From: Klebsormidium nitens
Taxonomy: Eukaryota > Plantae > Klebsormidiophyceae
Length of the DNA stretch: 38,568 nt
Assembly: GCA_000708835.1 (NCBI GenBank)
Contig: DF237690.1
Span: forward strand, 1-38,568
Reading direction: 5' to 3'
The notes beneath the pieces are model-generated. The model was not told the origin of the DNA, made no database searches, and saw nothing but the letters and a program-made list of their open reading frames with translations. Made by a program: the position numbers and the translations under genes. Within the stretch, counting starts at the first letter, position 1. Every line of letters begins with the position of its first letter. Shown in pieces: positions 24,001 through 34,837 of the stretch.

Positions 24001-27000
24001 CCGCATCCAGTACCGTCACCGCCGCAGTCGCGGCCGCCACGTACAGCAATACCGCCACGTCATCGCTGACGTCATCGACTCCGCTTCCGTCGCTCCCAAT
24101 GCTGGCGGTTCGCTTCGGGGGGGAGGACGCGAGGCTCTTGGAGGAAGTCGCACCAGGGTCGGCGGGGGAGGGAAACGTGGAGAAGGCGAGCGAGGCGATG
24201 GCGGACTTGAAGTCGAACGCGCGGTCGAGGTTGGTGAAAGTGCCGCTCGCAAGGTCAAAGATGGAAACCTGGAAAAAGTACAGATGATGATCCGTGGCCC
24301 AAGGTAACCAGTCGTGATTCTTGAGGCCCACTTGAAGCAAACCATAAGGCCCGCTTCACATCAAGTGTTAGCGTTTGACACGCTTGCATCTGTAGGTCGG
24401 CCTTACAAGGACAGTGCCCTTGAGCCTGCCCCAATGTCTTTTGTTTCTTCATTTGCGTAACTTCGGCGCTTCACAAGTCTGCGGAGGACCTGCGACTAAT
24501 AGCCCGTAATTCACCACAGTGACGACTCGACGACCTGGTACATTCTTTCTTCTTCCTCTACAAAACGCAGACAAGACGGGAAGCATATTTGAATGCTGAC
24601 AAAGACAAAGGCTATCACAAGCATTCAGAATGGAAGGAGCAGGTCGAGATAAAACTGCACCGGTTATACAGAGATCACAGAAGCAGGGGGGATTCCGATA
24701 ACATCTTTCTGATGAGTTGTTTCGAAGAACGTGACGGCTTACGTTGCCGTCGTCGTCCCCCATAGCCAGCTTGGCTTGGCTGCTGGCGATGGCAATGCTC
24801 CGAACAGACGCCTCGTGCATCAAAAGGGTGGACACCAACTGAAAACCGCGGCTCGCCTGGATTTTATCTGGAAAGATCGAACAAAGCCGCGATTGAGTTT
24901 GTAAAACGTTTCGCACGGATTTGACGAGGTCAATGCGGGTGCTGCGCTTACTAAAATCGGAAGCATTTCTTGAGAGAGGCGTACGTTGAGCGCTTTGGCA
25001 GCTGTCCCGGCATCTTGTCAAAGAAATTTTGCACAGAAGGTGCTGTTGAGAGCACACCCGGTTCAGAGTACAGTGCTTGTGCGCCGCCGGGCATATTGGA
25101 AACCTTCAGCTCTTGACCCCTACGTTCTGAAAACGAAGTCCTTGAGAAGTACGGTGGACCAACTTCTGGTTCGGCCTCAGCCGTCCGAAGATAAGGTCCT
25201 TTTGCCAAGTTCGCTTTCGTTGCCAAGCGAGGAATCCTGAGGAAGCCGGAACGCACGTCCTCCTACCTTTTCCAATCTTGCCAACTCCGTCGATGTTGTG
25301 TTGGGTCAGCTCTCGATCCTCGGTGCCCAGTATATACAGCCTGACCTTTCCTCCTTGGTGAGCGACAACGAGTAGCCCGGATATGGGGCAGAAGGAGACC
25401 GCCGTGACTGGTGGAACTTTCTCACTCTCCTGCAGGGAACAAAGATCTGATGCATTGTATGCACGAAACGGCCAAATCTGAAGCGAACTCGATACAAGAG
25501 GTGCGCGCCAAAGTCGACCAGGTTTATAGATGTGAAGCAACCTGACGACCCCCGAGCCTTCGGTTCTATTCTCTTAGGTGCATATCCCAGTTGACAGGGG
25601 ATGCCTTTTGTTCGCCATGCGGGCCGGTCGATGCCGCGCCAAGGACCAGGAGTTCTCTCATCACAAGCCGTTTGCAGAATGGATATCATTGCGTGTCCTG
25701 GAACAGTCTCGAGTTGCAACCTGCGACAAGAGATGGTGCACAAGATGTGACTAGGGCCCTAAGCTCAAAGACCAGTTTGAAACACGCTTGAATGTCCACA
25801 CCAAATTCTCAAATCCCGATTCTCACCTTGTCTCTGCCCGTAAGCACGCAAACTTTCTGCAACACTGGCGTGCAGGCGTCCCAAAACACAACCCGCCCAC
25901 ACTCGTACCCGGCCACGATGACCGTAGACAGTTCGTCGTCCTGGAAGGGTGGCGAACCGACCGCCCCTCCTTCCACCGGCCATTTTCCTCCGGAAGGCAG
26001 CTGAGCCCCCCGGTCATCCCTCGGCATCTGAAGCAACGTACACAGCCCAACAGACGCAGCCGTCCCGGTGACCGTTTCCGAAACCGTTATCGGCGTCAGC
26101 TGGTCGAAGAGCGGTAAAGGCTGCGGCAACGGCGGGAGCGCGTCTTCGGACGCTCCCGGGGTGAGAGCGTCCGAAACGGACGGTTCGTCGTACAGGTGGA
26201 TCTGCCCCGGGGACGAGAGGACGACTGCGGCGGAGGCGGGGGAGCCGAAGAGGCCGCCCGGGGGAGGGGTGAGCAGCGCGTCCGAAACGGGTCCGAACCA
26301 GGGAAGGTCGCGGTGGAGGAGGTCCGGACCGTCCAAAGGGGGGCTCAGGGATACGACCTGCAAAGTGCGAGTGATTTGAGAAAAGGGGGGCGGGTAAAGA
26401 TATAAGAAAAAAATCGAGGCAGTTCAAGGAACAAAAGCCCTTGAGGGGACTCAAAAAGATTTTCTGCTGTTTGGAATCTACAGCTGCTTCGCATAAGATT
26501 GGAAAACCACTGCTTCTCCGTATTGCTTTGGAGAAGCACAAACTGTCCGAAAAACCTTAAGTGTTGATTGCAATCAGTCTGTGAAATCCAAGCTCTCGGT
26601 CCGCATCAGGTCCCGAAACTTGTGAATGCTGTCGCATTGCCAAAACCCTGGGAATGAGGCTCACCCTGACGAGATCCGGCGTGCCTCCCGCTCCTCCTCC
26701 AAGGACATACAACCGGCCACCGTCTCGGCTGCTGGCGCCAGACCACCTCAGGGCAGTAACAGGTGCTCGGGAGCTTCCTCGGGCGAGCCGAACTAGGCGA
26801 ACGGGCTCCGTCTCAATCTTGAAACCCTCGGCTTCGGATACACTTCCCGTCTTGCCGCTTGGAAACGTCCAGAACTTGATGTCGCCGTTGTCATACCTAT
26901 ACGAGGGCAACAAGGATTGCATTGAGTGGCGCTTGTTGAACGTGAGCGTTGTTGAGAATTGAGCGCTTACATTGATCTGCTGCCCATGCAGGGGTCAATT

Positions 27001-30000
27001 ACTCAGCAAGTGATGCAGCTTTGCTTTTGCGACAAATAGTCTTTGTCGGGTTTACAGTAGATTGCTTCTCTAGAACGAGCCTACCATCTGTCTTCCAGCA
27101 GATCTTCTAACATGTAGCCGGATTTGTCTGTGGGTCTGGCAAGAACACAATCCGCCAAGCCCCCACCCATCCGCACGGTTCCTCCACCTTCCAAGGCATA
27201 CATTGCAGAAAGGCGCACATCGCAGGAGAATTGGTGGGACACTTTGGCATCAGTCCTTAGTACAATCGAGCCACAAAGTCAAATTCCTAAAGCAGTGTCC
27301 GTTGCACCCACCCGGCCGCCAGCAGGGCTCCCCCCGCGTCCGCCCACGTGACACACCGCAGCTGCTCGCCCGTCTCCTCATCCTCGTCTTCGTCACCGCC
27401 GTCTTGGCTGGGCCGCCCTTCGAAGCTGAGCAGGCGCGCCTTTTGCTGCTCGATGCAGCCGCGGAGCGCCAGCACGCGGCCCTCGTGGAGCGCCCACAGG
27501 ACGAGGATGCCGTTGGAGTAGGCGATGAGCAGCCTGCGGGAGTAAAATCGGTGTTCTTTTCTTGCACAAAGGCGACTTGGCCGTATGAACAGTGAGATCA
27601 GGCAATGAGGAGCTTGCGGATTAGAACTGGCTTCGACTCCTACTGCTCAGATTTTGCGGAAGAAAGCTGCTGGAATTCAATGTGCTACAGCAGGACCAGG
27701 CGCTGGAGTAGGCGACGAGCAGGATGCAACGGACAAGTCCTTACCTTGATATCTCGGGTAGGTTCGCGGGATGCTGTTCGAAGAAGCATTTTAGGAGCTG
27801 AAAATTGCCTACTTAAGAAGGAGGCACGTTGTCCAGCATTCTCTCTTTTGGGTCGCCACAAGTCGGCTCAATTGCCGCAAAGAACGGACAAGGCGCAAGT
27901 CAGGGCGTGGGCTGTACCTTCCAAATATCGCGTCTGGTTGAGGTAGGATCGCGACCACCGACGGAGGGGTCTCACTGTCGGCGGAGACCAGGCCCGCTGT
28001 CAGAGAGGACAAATAATTACGTTCAGAATTAATCTTGTGACTGGCCTGCCGAAAAGTGAAGAGGCTACGATGCTAACAAGCGCTGCATTCATAAGAAACG
28101 AGGACGGCCATAAGAACAGCGGGGGCAAGAGAGACCATCTCCAATTAACCACTGTTAAAACCAGCGTTCAGTTGAGATCGAAGCGACGGTGCGTAATCAT
28201 GTCCAACGATCCTCAGCAGAGGGTAGGACCGTTTTGACCTGGAAACTTGTCTATTTTGCTAAGTTGAAAGCAGTCCTACGCCATTGAACGGCGGCTGACC
28301 TAAGGTGACGTGCGGTGGGATGCAGTAGGGCAGCGGCTGGAGCAGCTCCTTCCGCAGCTCGAGGATGCGGACCACGCCGGAATCGTCGCCGACATAGCTG
28401 CCCGGATACAAAAACCGACGAACTTGAGCAGCAGTTCCTCCCAAGTGAGGCTTCCGAAGGTCCGAAACTCCGGCGGAGAGATCAAACTGAGACGCCCGCT
28501 GAAACATGACTCTTGACTGAAGTTGCTGTATGCTGCTTCGCTCTCTGCCCAATCACGACTTGTGCTCTCAAAGAACTGGAGTTTCAGATACGAACATGAG
28601 TATGAGCAGAACGTAAACAAGCCTGAAGTCCACAGTCTGAACACAAGCCCACTCCTGTGCGGCAAGGTACCGCCCCGTTGCCCTCCTCGAACAATGTAAC
28701 ACCTGCAAGCTTTCTGATCACAGTTGCTCGGGGTAGAATAGTAAGTCAACTCAGAAAAAATTGAAAGGCTCAGACCAAGTTTGCTGTCGTAAGTAGCTCA
28801 CATGTAGTTCGCCCCCGACACCTGGGCTATGGCCGCCACTTCGGTGTCCCAGGTACACGAAGCGACGAGCTTGCGCTCCTCCAGGTCCCAAACCTGCGGC
28901 AAAGTTGTCGTCAGCCTGACGTTAGGACAAGACAAACCGGCAGCCCGCTCCTCCGGCAAAGCCGTTGTCAGCCTGACGCGCGGAAGAGACAAACTGGCAG
29001 CCGTGCAACTTCCCCCGCACGGCAACAGATCGTTCGACGGTCCTTCCGAAGGGAGAGCGTCGAATGACAGAGACTAGGTTACATCAGCTTTATTGGCCAG
29101 TAGGTAAAGACTCATATCTGGTTTACAAATTGGGCCGCCTGTTTGAGAATCAAGCTGCAACCTGGAAAGACTGGTACCCACCTCGATCTGATTCGTGGTG
29201 GTCACGTGGATCAGCCGCCCTTTGTTGTTGACAAACTGCGCAATCGGGAAACACAACTGTTAGGATGTCGATACACAGTACTATAACCCAGGAGAAAGCG
29301 CGCGACACCTCGAAATATCCGACGAACCCAAGAGACACGAGGAACGAAGTTGGACGAAAGGTCAAATGGATAGTTGGTCACTCGTGACCTGAAGCGAGAG
29401 CGGGAATCAAGTATTCTCCTCAGCTTTGAAAAGCATACAAAGCGGCAATGCAGACCTGTAGGAACAAGGTCGGCGCCTTGGTAAGCGACTGTAAGAGGCC
29501 CTCGATGCCGTCTCCACCAAAGATCTTGATGCGTCCATCGCTGCAAAAGCACCCAGAAGGGAGTCAGTGCCTCCAGAAAGCAGCTCTTCTGAAATGAGGC
29601 CGTTATGCATTCTGGCTGCAAGATTCCGCTATCTCACGAACACGGTCTTTAAAGCATCCATAGATTTGTGCAGCAGGATTGCTCTACATTCGAAACTGTA
29701 AAGGTCCTCCAAAGTTCAGCTGCACAGGAGGGAAGCCTCAGACCGAGTCGAAATAAGCCAACGAGCGCCTAACTTGATCATATCAACCAGTAAAAGCGGC
29801 TACAACCTCATTCGCCTCGTCCATTTCGCACTGGCTCATAATCGAGCCCATACATACCAGCACGAACCGCACAGCCCAGTCGAACGCTTACCTGGAGCCC
29901 ACGGCGAGCAGCCGTTGCACCGGCTCATAAGCGAGCAACTGGGCCTGCGCTGGAATGCCCGAGTGTACTGACAGCCGGGGCTGCAGATCGGACGGCTGGA

Positions 30001-30602
30001 GGGTCCCCGCCGGCACGGTGACCTGGCAAGGATAATTGTTCGTCAAAGAATGCACGGATTGATGCTTCAGCGATGTCCGATGACAAGTAGCTTTGCTGTT
30101 TCCGATGTGATCGAGACAAGGGCTTGACGCCAATTTGGATATAGTACGCAGGAAAATGCAACATGAGCAAGGGAAGGCTGCGCTGCAAGAAGCAGATATC
30201 GGCCAAGCAATTGAATCTAAGCAGCGCAATCGAACATCAGGGTCGGTTTGCAAGACCGCCTTTTAGTATTTTCGTCACGTCGAGGTGCACCATATCAAGC
30301 GGACACCAAAGTGCTCTAAAGGGATAGTGGATGAAGCAGGGCCGGTGGAACGGATCGTTTGTGTGCCAATGCGAAGCCAGACAAGTCCGAAGCGTTCTCA
30401 TGACAGCCTATCTGGCTCCCCTCCATTGGGAAGATAGAAATTGCCGGTCGTTATCTTTTCGAAGATGAACCTTGATTCACTTTTCTCTCCACGAACTCGT
30501 TCTCCTACGACTCGGGAAGCCTCAACAAGAGATACAGCGAGTCGGGGTCGTCGAGCTTACCTCCGGAATTGCCTTGTGGATGAGCCGCTTCACTTTGAAC
30601 AT
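18076..30602 (-). CDS. TMS: Tomosyn / lethal(2) giant larvae-like WD40-repeat protein (syntaxin-binding protein 5 family) with C-terminal R-SNARE-like coiled coil, 22 exons, ~1227 aa
   Basis: Exons (minus): 30561-30602, 29892-30022, 29456-29540, 29182-29235, 28802-28893, 28300-28397, 27918-27996, 27312-27533, 26665-26896, 25827-26357, 25267-25429, 24743-24867, 23926-24268, 23232-23590, 22865-22968, 22441-22623, 21691-21835, 21162-21339, 20662-20800, 19187-19403, 18599-18652, 18076-18183. All GT-AG, frame-consistent, 3684 nt. Plant Lgl/tomosyn hallmarks: [161 protein letters not shown]. Confidence 0.92.
19349..20335. repeat. 8-copy tandem array, ~65-bp conserved core plus variable 55-90-bp spacer, core = tomosyn exon 20 5' end plus acceptor
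   Basis: Cores start at 19349, 19502, 19631, 19763, 19889, 20021, ~20139 and 20270. Consensus: ggcgaacccgctgctgacgcgcgccgtgaccttgctccgtaaggaggtggatgtactgcgggttt. Confidence 0.95.
27497..27727. repeat. Three degenerate copies of the tomosyn exon 8 5' junction
   Basis: ggcgatgagcagcctgc (27521, true exon), ggcaatgaggagcttgc (27601), tggagtaggcgacgagcaggatgc (27704). Confidence 0.7.
28894..29002. repeat. 57-bp tandem duplication of the branch point/acceptor of tomosyn intron 4
   Basis: ctgcggcaaagttgtcgtcagcctgacg...gacaaaccggcagcc (from 28894) versus ctccggcaaagccgttgtcagcctgacg...gacaaactggcagcc (from 28951). Confidence 0.85.
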
Positions 30603-30711
30603 GGTGACAGCTGTGAGAACCGGCTACTTTTGATTGGCCGTCCTGGTAACACTTTGAGACCCTTCTCAAATGCGAAGGCCAGACTCAGCTGCTTTGCGAA
30701 TGAAGTCGAGC

Positions 30712-32930
30712 TCAGTGGCGCTCAAAGACAGGCTTGTTGCCAGGCAGACCGGTAGGGAGGCTGCCTTCGGGTAATGGGTTTCTGTCCAAATTGAGGCGCC
30801 TGCACGAACACAGATCAGGTTGTCCTTACTTCTCATCGACGTATATGAGAAGTAGATGACCGGTGTCTTGGAAGACAAAGCCAGCGAAGCACTCGGGACC
30901 CCTTCCTTCAACGTGGCCAAGACGACTGTGGCCACGTCATCAGGGCTCCATTGTCTAAGTTTGCCTGCAACAACAATCTGGAGCCAGGACATCCTTATGA
31001 TCCAGTTCAGCAAACTTGTGCAAAGGCTTCGCTTTCCACCAGCTTAGTGGCGTGCTAACTCACCTGAGCTTTGAGAGCTTCCGAATGTCCTCTGGCACTC
31101 CCTCCAGAAGATTGCCTGCGAACACACAAAAGGACATCACTACCAAATCTTGGGTTCCACAAACATTTTGAGGAATCACCACTTTTGGGTACAACACAAT
31201 TGATCCTAATATGATGCTCAGAAAAAGGCAAGTTACAGCACTAGCCGTCAGCATGGCCAACCGCAGAGTAAACTGGTGGAATCTGGCTAAGAGGACCAGC
31301 ACGATCGGGAAGCTCACCGCTTAGATCCAGTTCTTCCAAGGTCTCAAGGTCCCAGATACTTGGAGGTAAGGACACCAACCTGCAAACAAGGGAAACGCCT
31401 CTCAACTGCGTGCTGATACACTACTACAATGATAGAAGTGACCTTGATCAACAAGCTCACACTTTCCAGGTTAGCCAATGAGAATGATAAGATTCTACAA
31501 ACGAGCTTTTCAACGTTTAAGGTCAAGCTATACTTGACAAGGGCACAACAGACGGCTACGAGAGGTAGTTCTCAGACCACCGGACTTGAAGGTTAGAACA
31601 CAACCAGAGGCAGTCGCTACGTTTCACAACTGAATCGGTAAGAATTGGCAGCATGCCTGAGAGTTCCTCACCTATTGTTCGCCAGGTTCAAACTCCTAAG
31701 TTTGGTCAACTTTTCCAAGACAACAGAGATCCGGCATATGCAGGGATCCCCGACCTGCAATCACGGCACGAGGGCAATGATGCTTTCTAGCTTCCTCTCC
31801 AAGCCTCAAGGGCTCGGATAATCAAAATTCTTGACATCTGGCGCCAGTTCAACGGATTCATTCTTGGAAATGAATCCTGGAAGATTGGCTTCAAACTGTG
31901 GTGAGCTGAACTTGCTTCTTTCAAGACTTTTGTTGCCCTCCTTCAAATAACCTTTTTGCAGTTGGTACTTCCCAGGAATTTGTGGCTCTCATGCATATTC
32001 CGCCTTCGAATGCTGGTTATTAATCAGGTTTCCTCCCCTGACATACCTTCTCACAGAGAAGGTTGTGGCACAACAGCTCAGGGCTTGCATTCAGATCCAA
32101 AACCTGCATTGGGAGAGAAAAGTCTTCACCACAGCTGACAGCCTGAGTCACTGCATACCTATGCCCAGCACATTGAACCCCTCTTGCATAGCCCTGATCA
32201 TGTGCTGACTCCTTTTGGGTGCATTTTTGATGCTCCACAAGCTGCAGTCAGCTACAATTGGCGCAGCTGAAGAAACCCTAGAGGCCGAAATGCCTCATCT
32301 GCTCACAGGTCGATCAGCAGACTACCTAGTAGACAAGTCGACTAAACGCTCACCTCTACGTCCTTAGGCCTCCTTGCAGCCTCTGCCAAAGACTTTGTAT
32401 GGAAATTGGCCCAACACCTTGAGAGTCCGCCTCGCTGCGCTGATTCACATTGCGATTGCGCCTTGATCAAAGTTGCATTGCTTTCAAGCAGACCACGTGA
32501 TGCTCCAAACAGGACAATCCTTGCCAATGTGCATGAGAGCATTGGAACTCATTAGGAGTGCAACTGAGGATTACGGCCTGTACAATTCCTTACTACTGGT
32601 GCCTTGATAAACTCAGAAAGTCCCAATCAGTCGGCCCTAGGACCGAATTCATTCTCTGCTTTCTCGGTCTAGCTGTAAGACAAAGAGAATGCTTCTCAAT
32701 TGGCCGCCATTGCGCAAAGTGTTGCAATGAACAGGCTGACTCGAGCCTGCATGAGCACTTCAAATTCAATTCCAGCATAGCGAGCGCTATTCGGACCACA
32801 TTCCGGACGCATACGCGAGACTTAATTACTGAAACGTACTCAGTGTCCGTCGGATGTACATTGCTTCGACGCCCGCGGCCGCCTGCGCGCGCATGGCCAG
32901 ATCGGCGGCCGCCCCGGGCCGGATGTCCAT
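30712..32930 (-). CDS. Small leucine-rich repeat protein, 7 exons, ~153 aa
   Basis: Exons (minus): 32840-32930, 32354-32382, 32047-32103, 31672-31754, 31318-31379, 31064-31115, 30712-30799. GT-AG, frame-consistent, 462 nt. The spliced product contains LEKLTKLRSLNLANNRLVSLPPSIWDLETLEELDLSGNLLEGVPEDIRKLSKLRRLNLDRNPL, i.e. three canonical LRRs. Exons 1-2 are less certain than exons 3-7. Confidence 0.8.
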
Positions 32931-33266
32931 CGTAAAACCCCTGTCTGAACCCCAAAGAACGGCCGCGTCGGGTCCAAGTCCGCGTGGGCTCTCCGTCTGG
33001 CTGCGCTCTTTGTCACAGCCTCATGAACAGTGTGCCAGTCCCGCACGTGGGCTTGGCAAGCGTGCACTTGGTCACAGCACCAGGACTCAGCCCAATCAGT
33101 GGCGATAGGGCACTTCAACAGTCTTGCGTACAATCGCAGCACAATCTGAGTCTTCGTGCATTTTCTTCGCGTCAATTTTCCAGGCGCTCCTTCTCCTCCG
33201 GCAGCTTCCAGCTCCTCCCTCTTTCCTCTAAGCTCAGTTCCTCCTCATCTCTTCCAAGCTGCCACC
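32931..33266. promoter_or_regulatory. Candidate bidirectional promoter (small LRR gene / WWE gene)
   Basis: 336 bp separate divergent ATGs. TGGGCT site II-like motifs at 32985, 33048 and (reverse) 33089, a G-box CACGTG at 33044, and CCAAT at 33092. Confidence 0.5.
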
Positions 33267-34202
33267 ATGTGCATCATCGAGGCAGGCGCTCCAGAGCCCA
33301 CGAAGCCAGGCAAGCTTGTCCGCATTTCAACAGGATTTTCTCGAAGTTTCTGATTGCAACCCGCATTTATGATCTGGACGAGTTGTATCGCACTTGGTGT
33401 CGCATGCATGAGAACCTGTCTCCTCCTCGCTGTGTATATTGCAGTAATGTAGTAATGTGCTGTGAAGTGAACAAACGCTTGATGTCATTGAAAGTTCTGG
33501 ACAGTTTTGTTGGATTACAGGCAACATCGAACAGCAATGCAGAGCATTCCTGTATCCACAATTCTGTACAGATGAGGTACAGATGTCTCTTTGTGTAATG
33601 TATTGAACCAAAAATTAACGAAAAATCTCTCTTGTACTTCAAAAATGGGGAACACTTTGATCCACCTACAGGACACTTTCCTCACATCCGAGATACTTGA
33701 CAATTTGCGATCAATGACAAGAGATTTGTGAATCGCACCAGTTCTCAAACCTGTTAATCCCTTCTTCTAATCTACATTCTGAAGAAACCTGACACAGTTT
33801 TGCGAACAAATCCGTCACCCGAACGTACTCTGGAGACACTTTGGATTGACAACACTTTTTTCTTCTGCAGGAGTCTACTGGCGCGATGACAAGGTCTGGG
33901 TCCAGTACAAGCCGGCGACTGCTCAGCTCATCCTCAAGGCCTACAACAACGCCGAGAAGACTGTCAAGACTGGCCTGCTCCGGTCTACTGTCCACCCATC
34001 TGGCTCCCACTACACTGTGGACCTGAGGACTCTGACTCAGACCAATGACAGCTCTGGCATGAAGCGCCCGGTGAAGATCATCCAGGAGGAGAGCAGCAGC
34101 GACTTCCTGGGCAAGAGCGAGGAGGTGGTGTACCCAGGGGAGTTCAACAAGCAGGCGTGCATTGCCAGCCCCTTTGGATGGCTTGGAAAGCTGGCCTTCT
34201 GG
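33267..34202 (+). CDS. WWE-domain protein (exon 1 33267-33309, exon 2 33871-~34202; 3' end uncertain, possible last exon from 34831)
   Basis: Exon 2 encodes VYWRDDKVWVQYKPATAQLILKAYNN...HYTVDLRTLTQTNDSSGMKRPVK, which matches the WWE pattern (W..W..Y......I..AY; Y.VDL..M.Q.N..TG..R.V). It has GC3-rich codons and a strong acceptor ttcttctgcag|. The upstream GCCACCATG exon joins in phase through a GC donor (CCAG|gcaagc). Confidence 0.7.
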
Positions 34203-34320
34203 GTGAGTGGAAAGGAAACCAATTTTGTTCGAGAAATCAAGTTTGTGGCGAAATGTGGCTTCTGGGTGAGTTAAAAGGAACCAATTTTGTTCAAAAAGCT
34301 ATGTTTGTGTCAAATGTGGC
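34192..34320. repeat. ~63-bp tandem duplication containing a 5' splice site (TTCTGG|gtgagt)
   Basis: ttctgggtgagt..aaagga(a)accaattttgttc.a.aaa...a.gtttgtg.c.aaatgtggc occurs twice, with GT donors at 34203 and 34266. Confidence 0.85.
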
Positions 34321-34709
34321 GACTGATAACTTGCAAGATATGAGAAACTACTGTTTCCAAGACGTCCTTTGCAGGGACTTTCAAAAGCGTGATTCGTGGA
34401 TTTTCGGACTGCACAATGCGGTAGTTGATTTGCGATCGAACTTTCTTTGAGGCAAACCCGCAGGCGATTCTTCGGTCTGAACCCCACAATCTGTTGGCAA
34501 AGACGTAAGCTCTATGTAGTGGGCGGTTTTGTTCGGCTTTGTTCAATGTGATCAAATAGTCAGAGGCTTTCTTTGGTCAGCTCGTGTGTTTGTTTAAGCG
34601 ATGAAAGGAACTTTCTCTGGCCGAACATTCACTTCTCGACGCAGCCTACACAGAGTCAAGAATTGCATCCTCGGTCTTGTCTTACCGTTGCCACGCCTAT
34701 TTAGAACCC

Positions 34710-34837
34710 TTAGGACTCCAGTTGTTTCGATCAGCTCACGTGATAGAAATTATCATGGCTTCTCAGGTTCCGGACTTAGACTCCTGTCCTTTCGATCAGC
34801 TCACGCGATAGAAATTATCATGGCTTCTCAGGTTCCG
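34710..34837. repeat. 65-bp tandem duplication containing a 3' splice site-like ttctcag|gttccg
   Basis: tttcgatcagctcacg(t/c)gatagaaattatcatggcttctcaggttccg at 34725 and 34790, with 1 mismatch over 48 nt. Confidence 0.9.

Noticed and set aside
23220-24287. 355-aa plus-strand ORF
   Set aside because: Antisense shadow of GC-rich tomosyn exons 13-14 with no recognisable domain.
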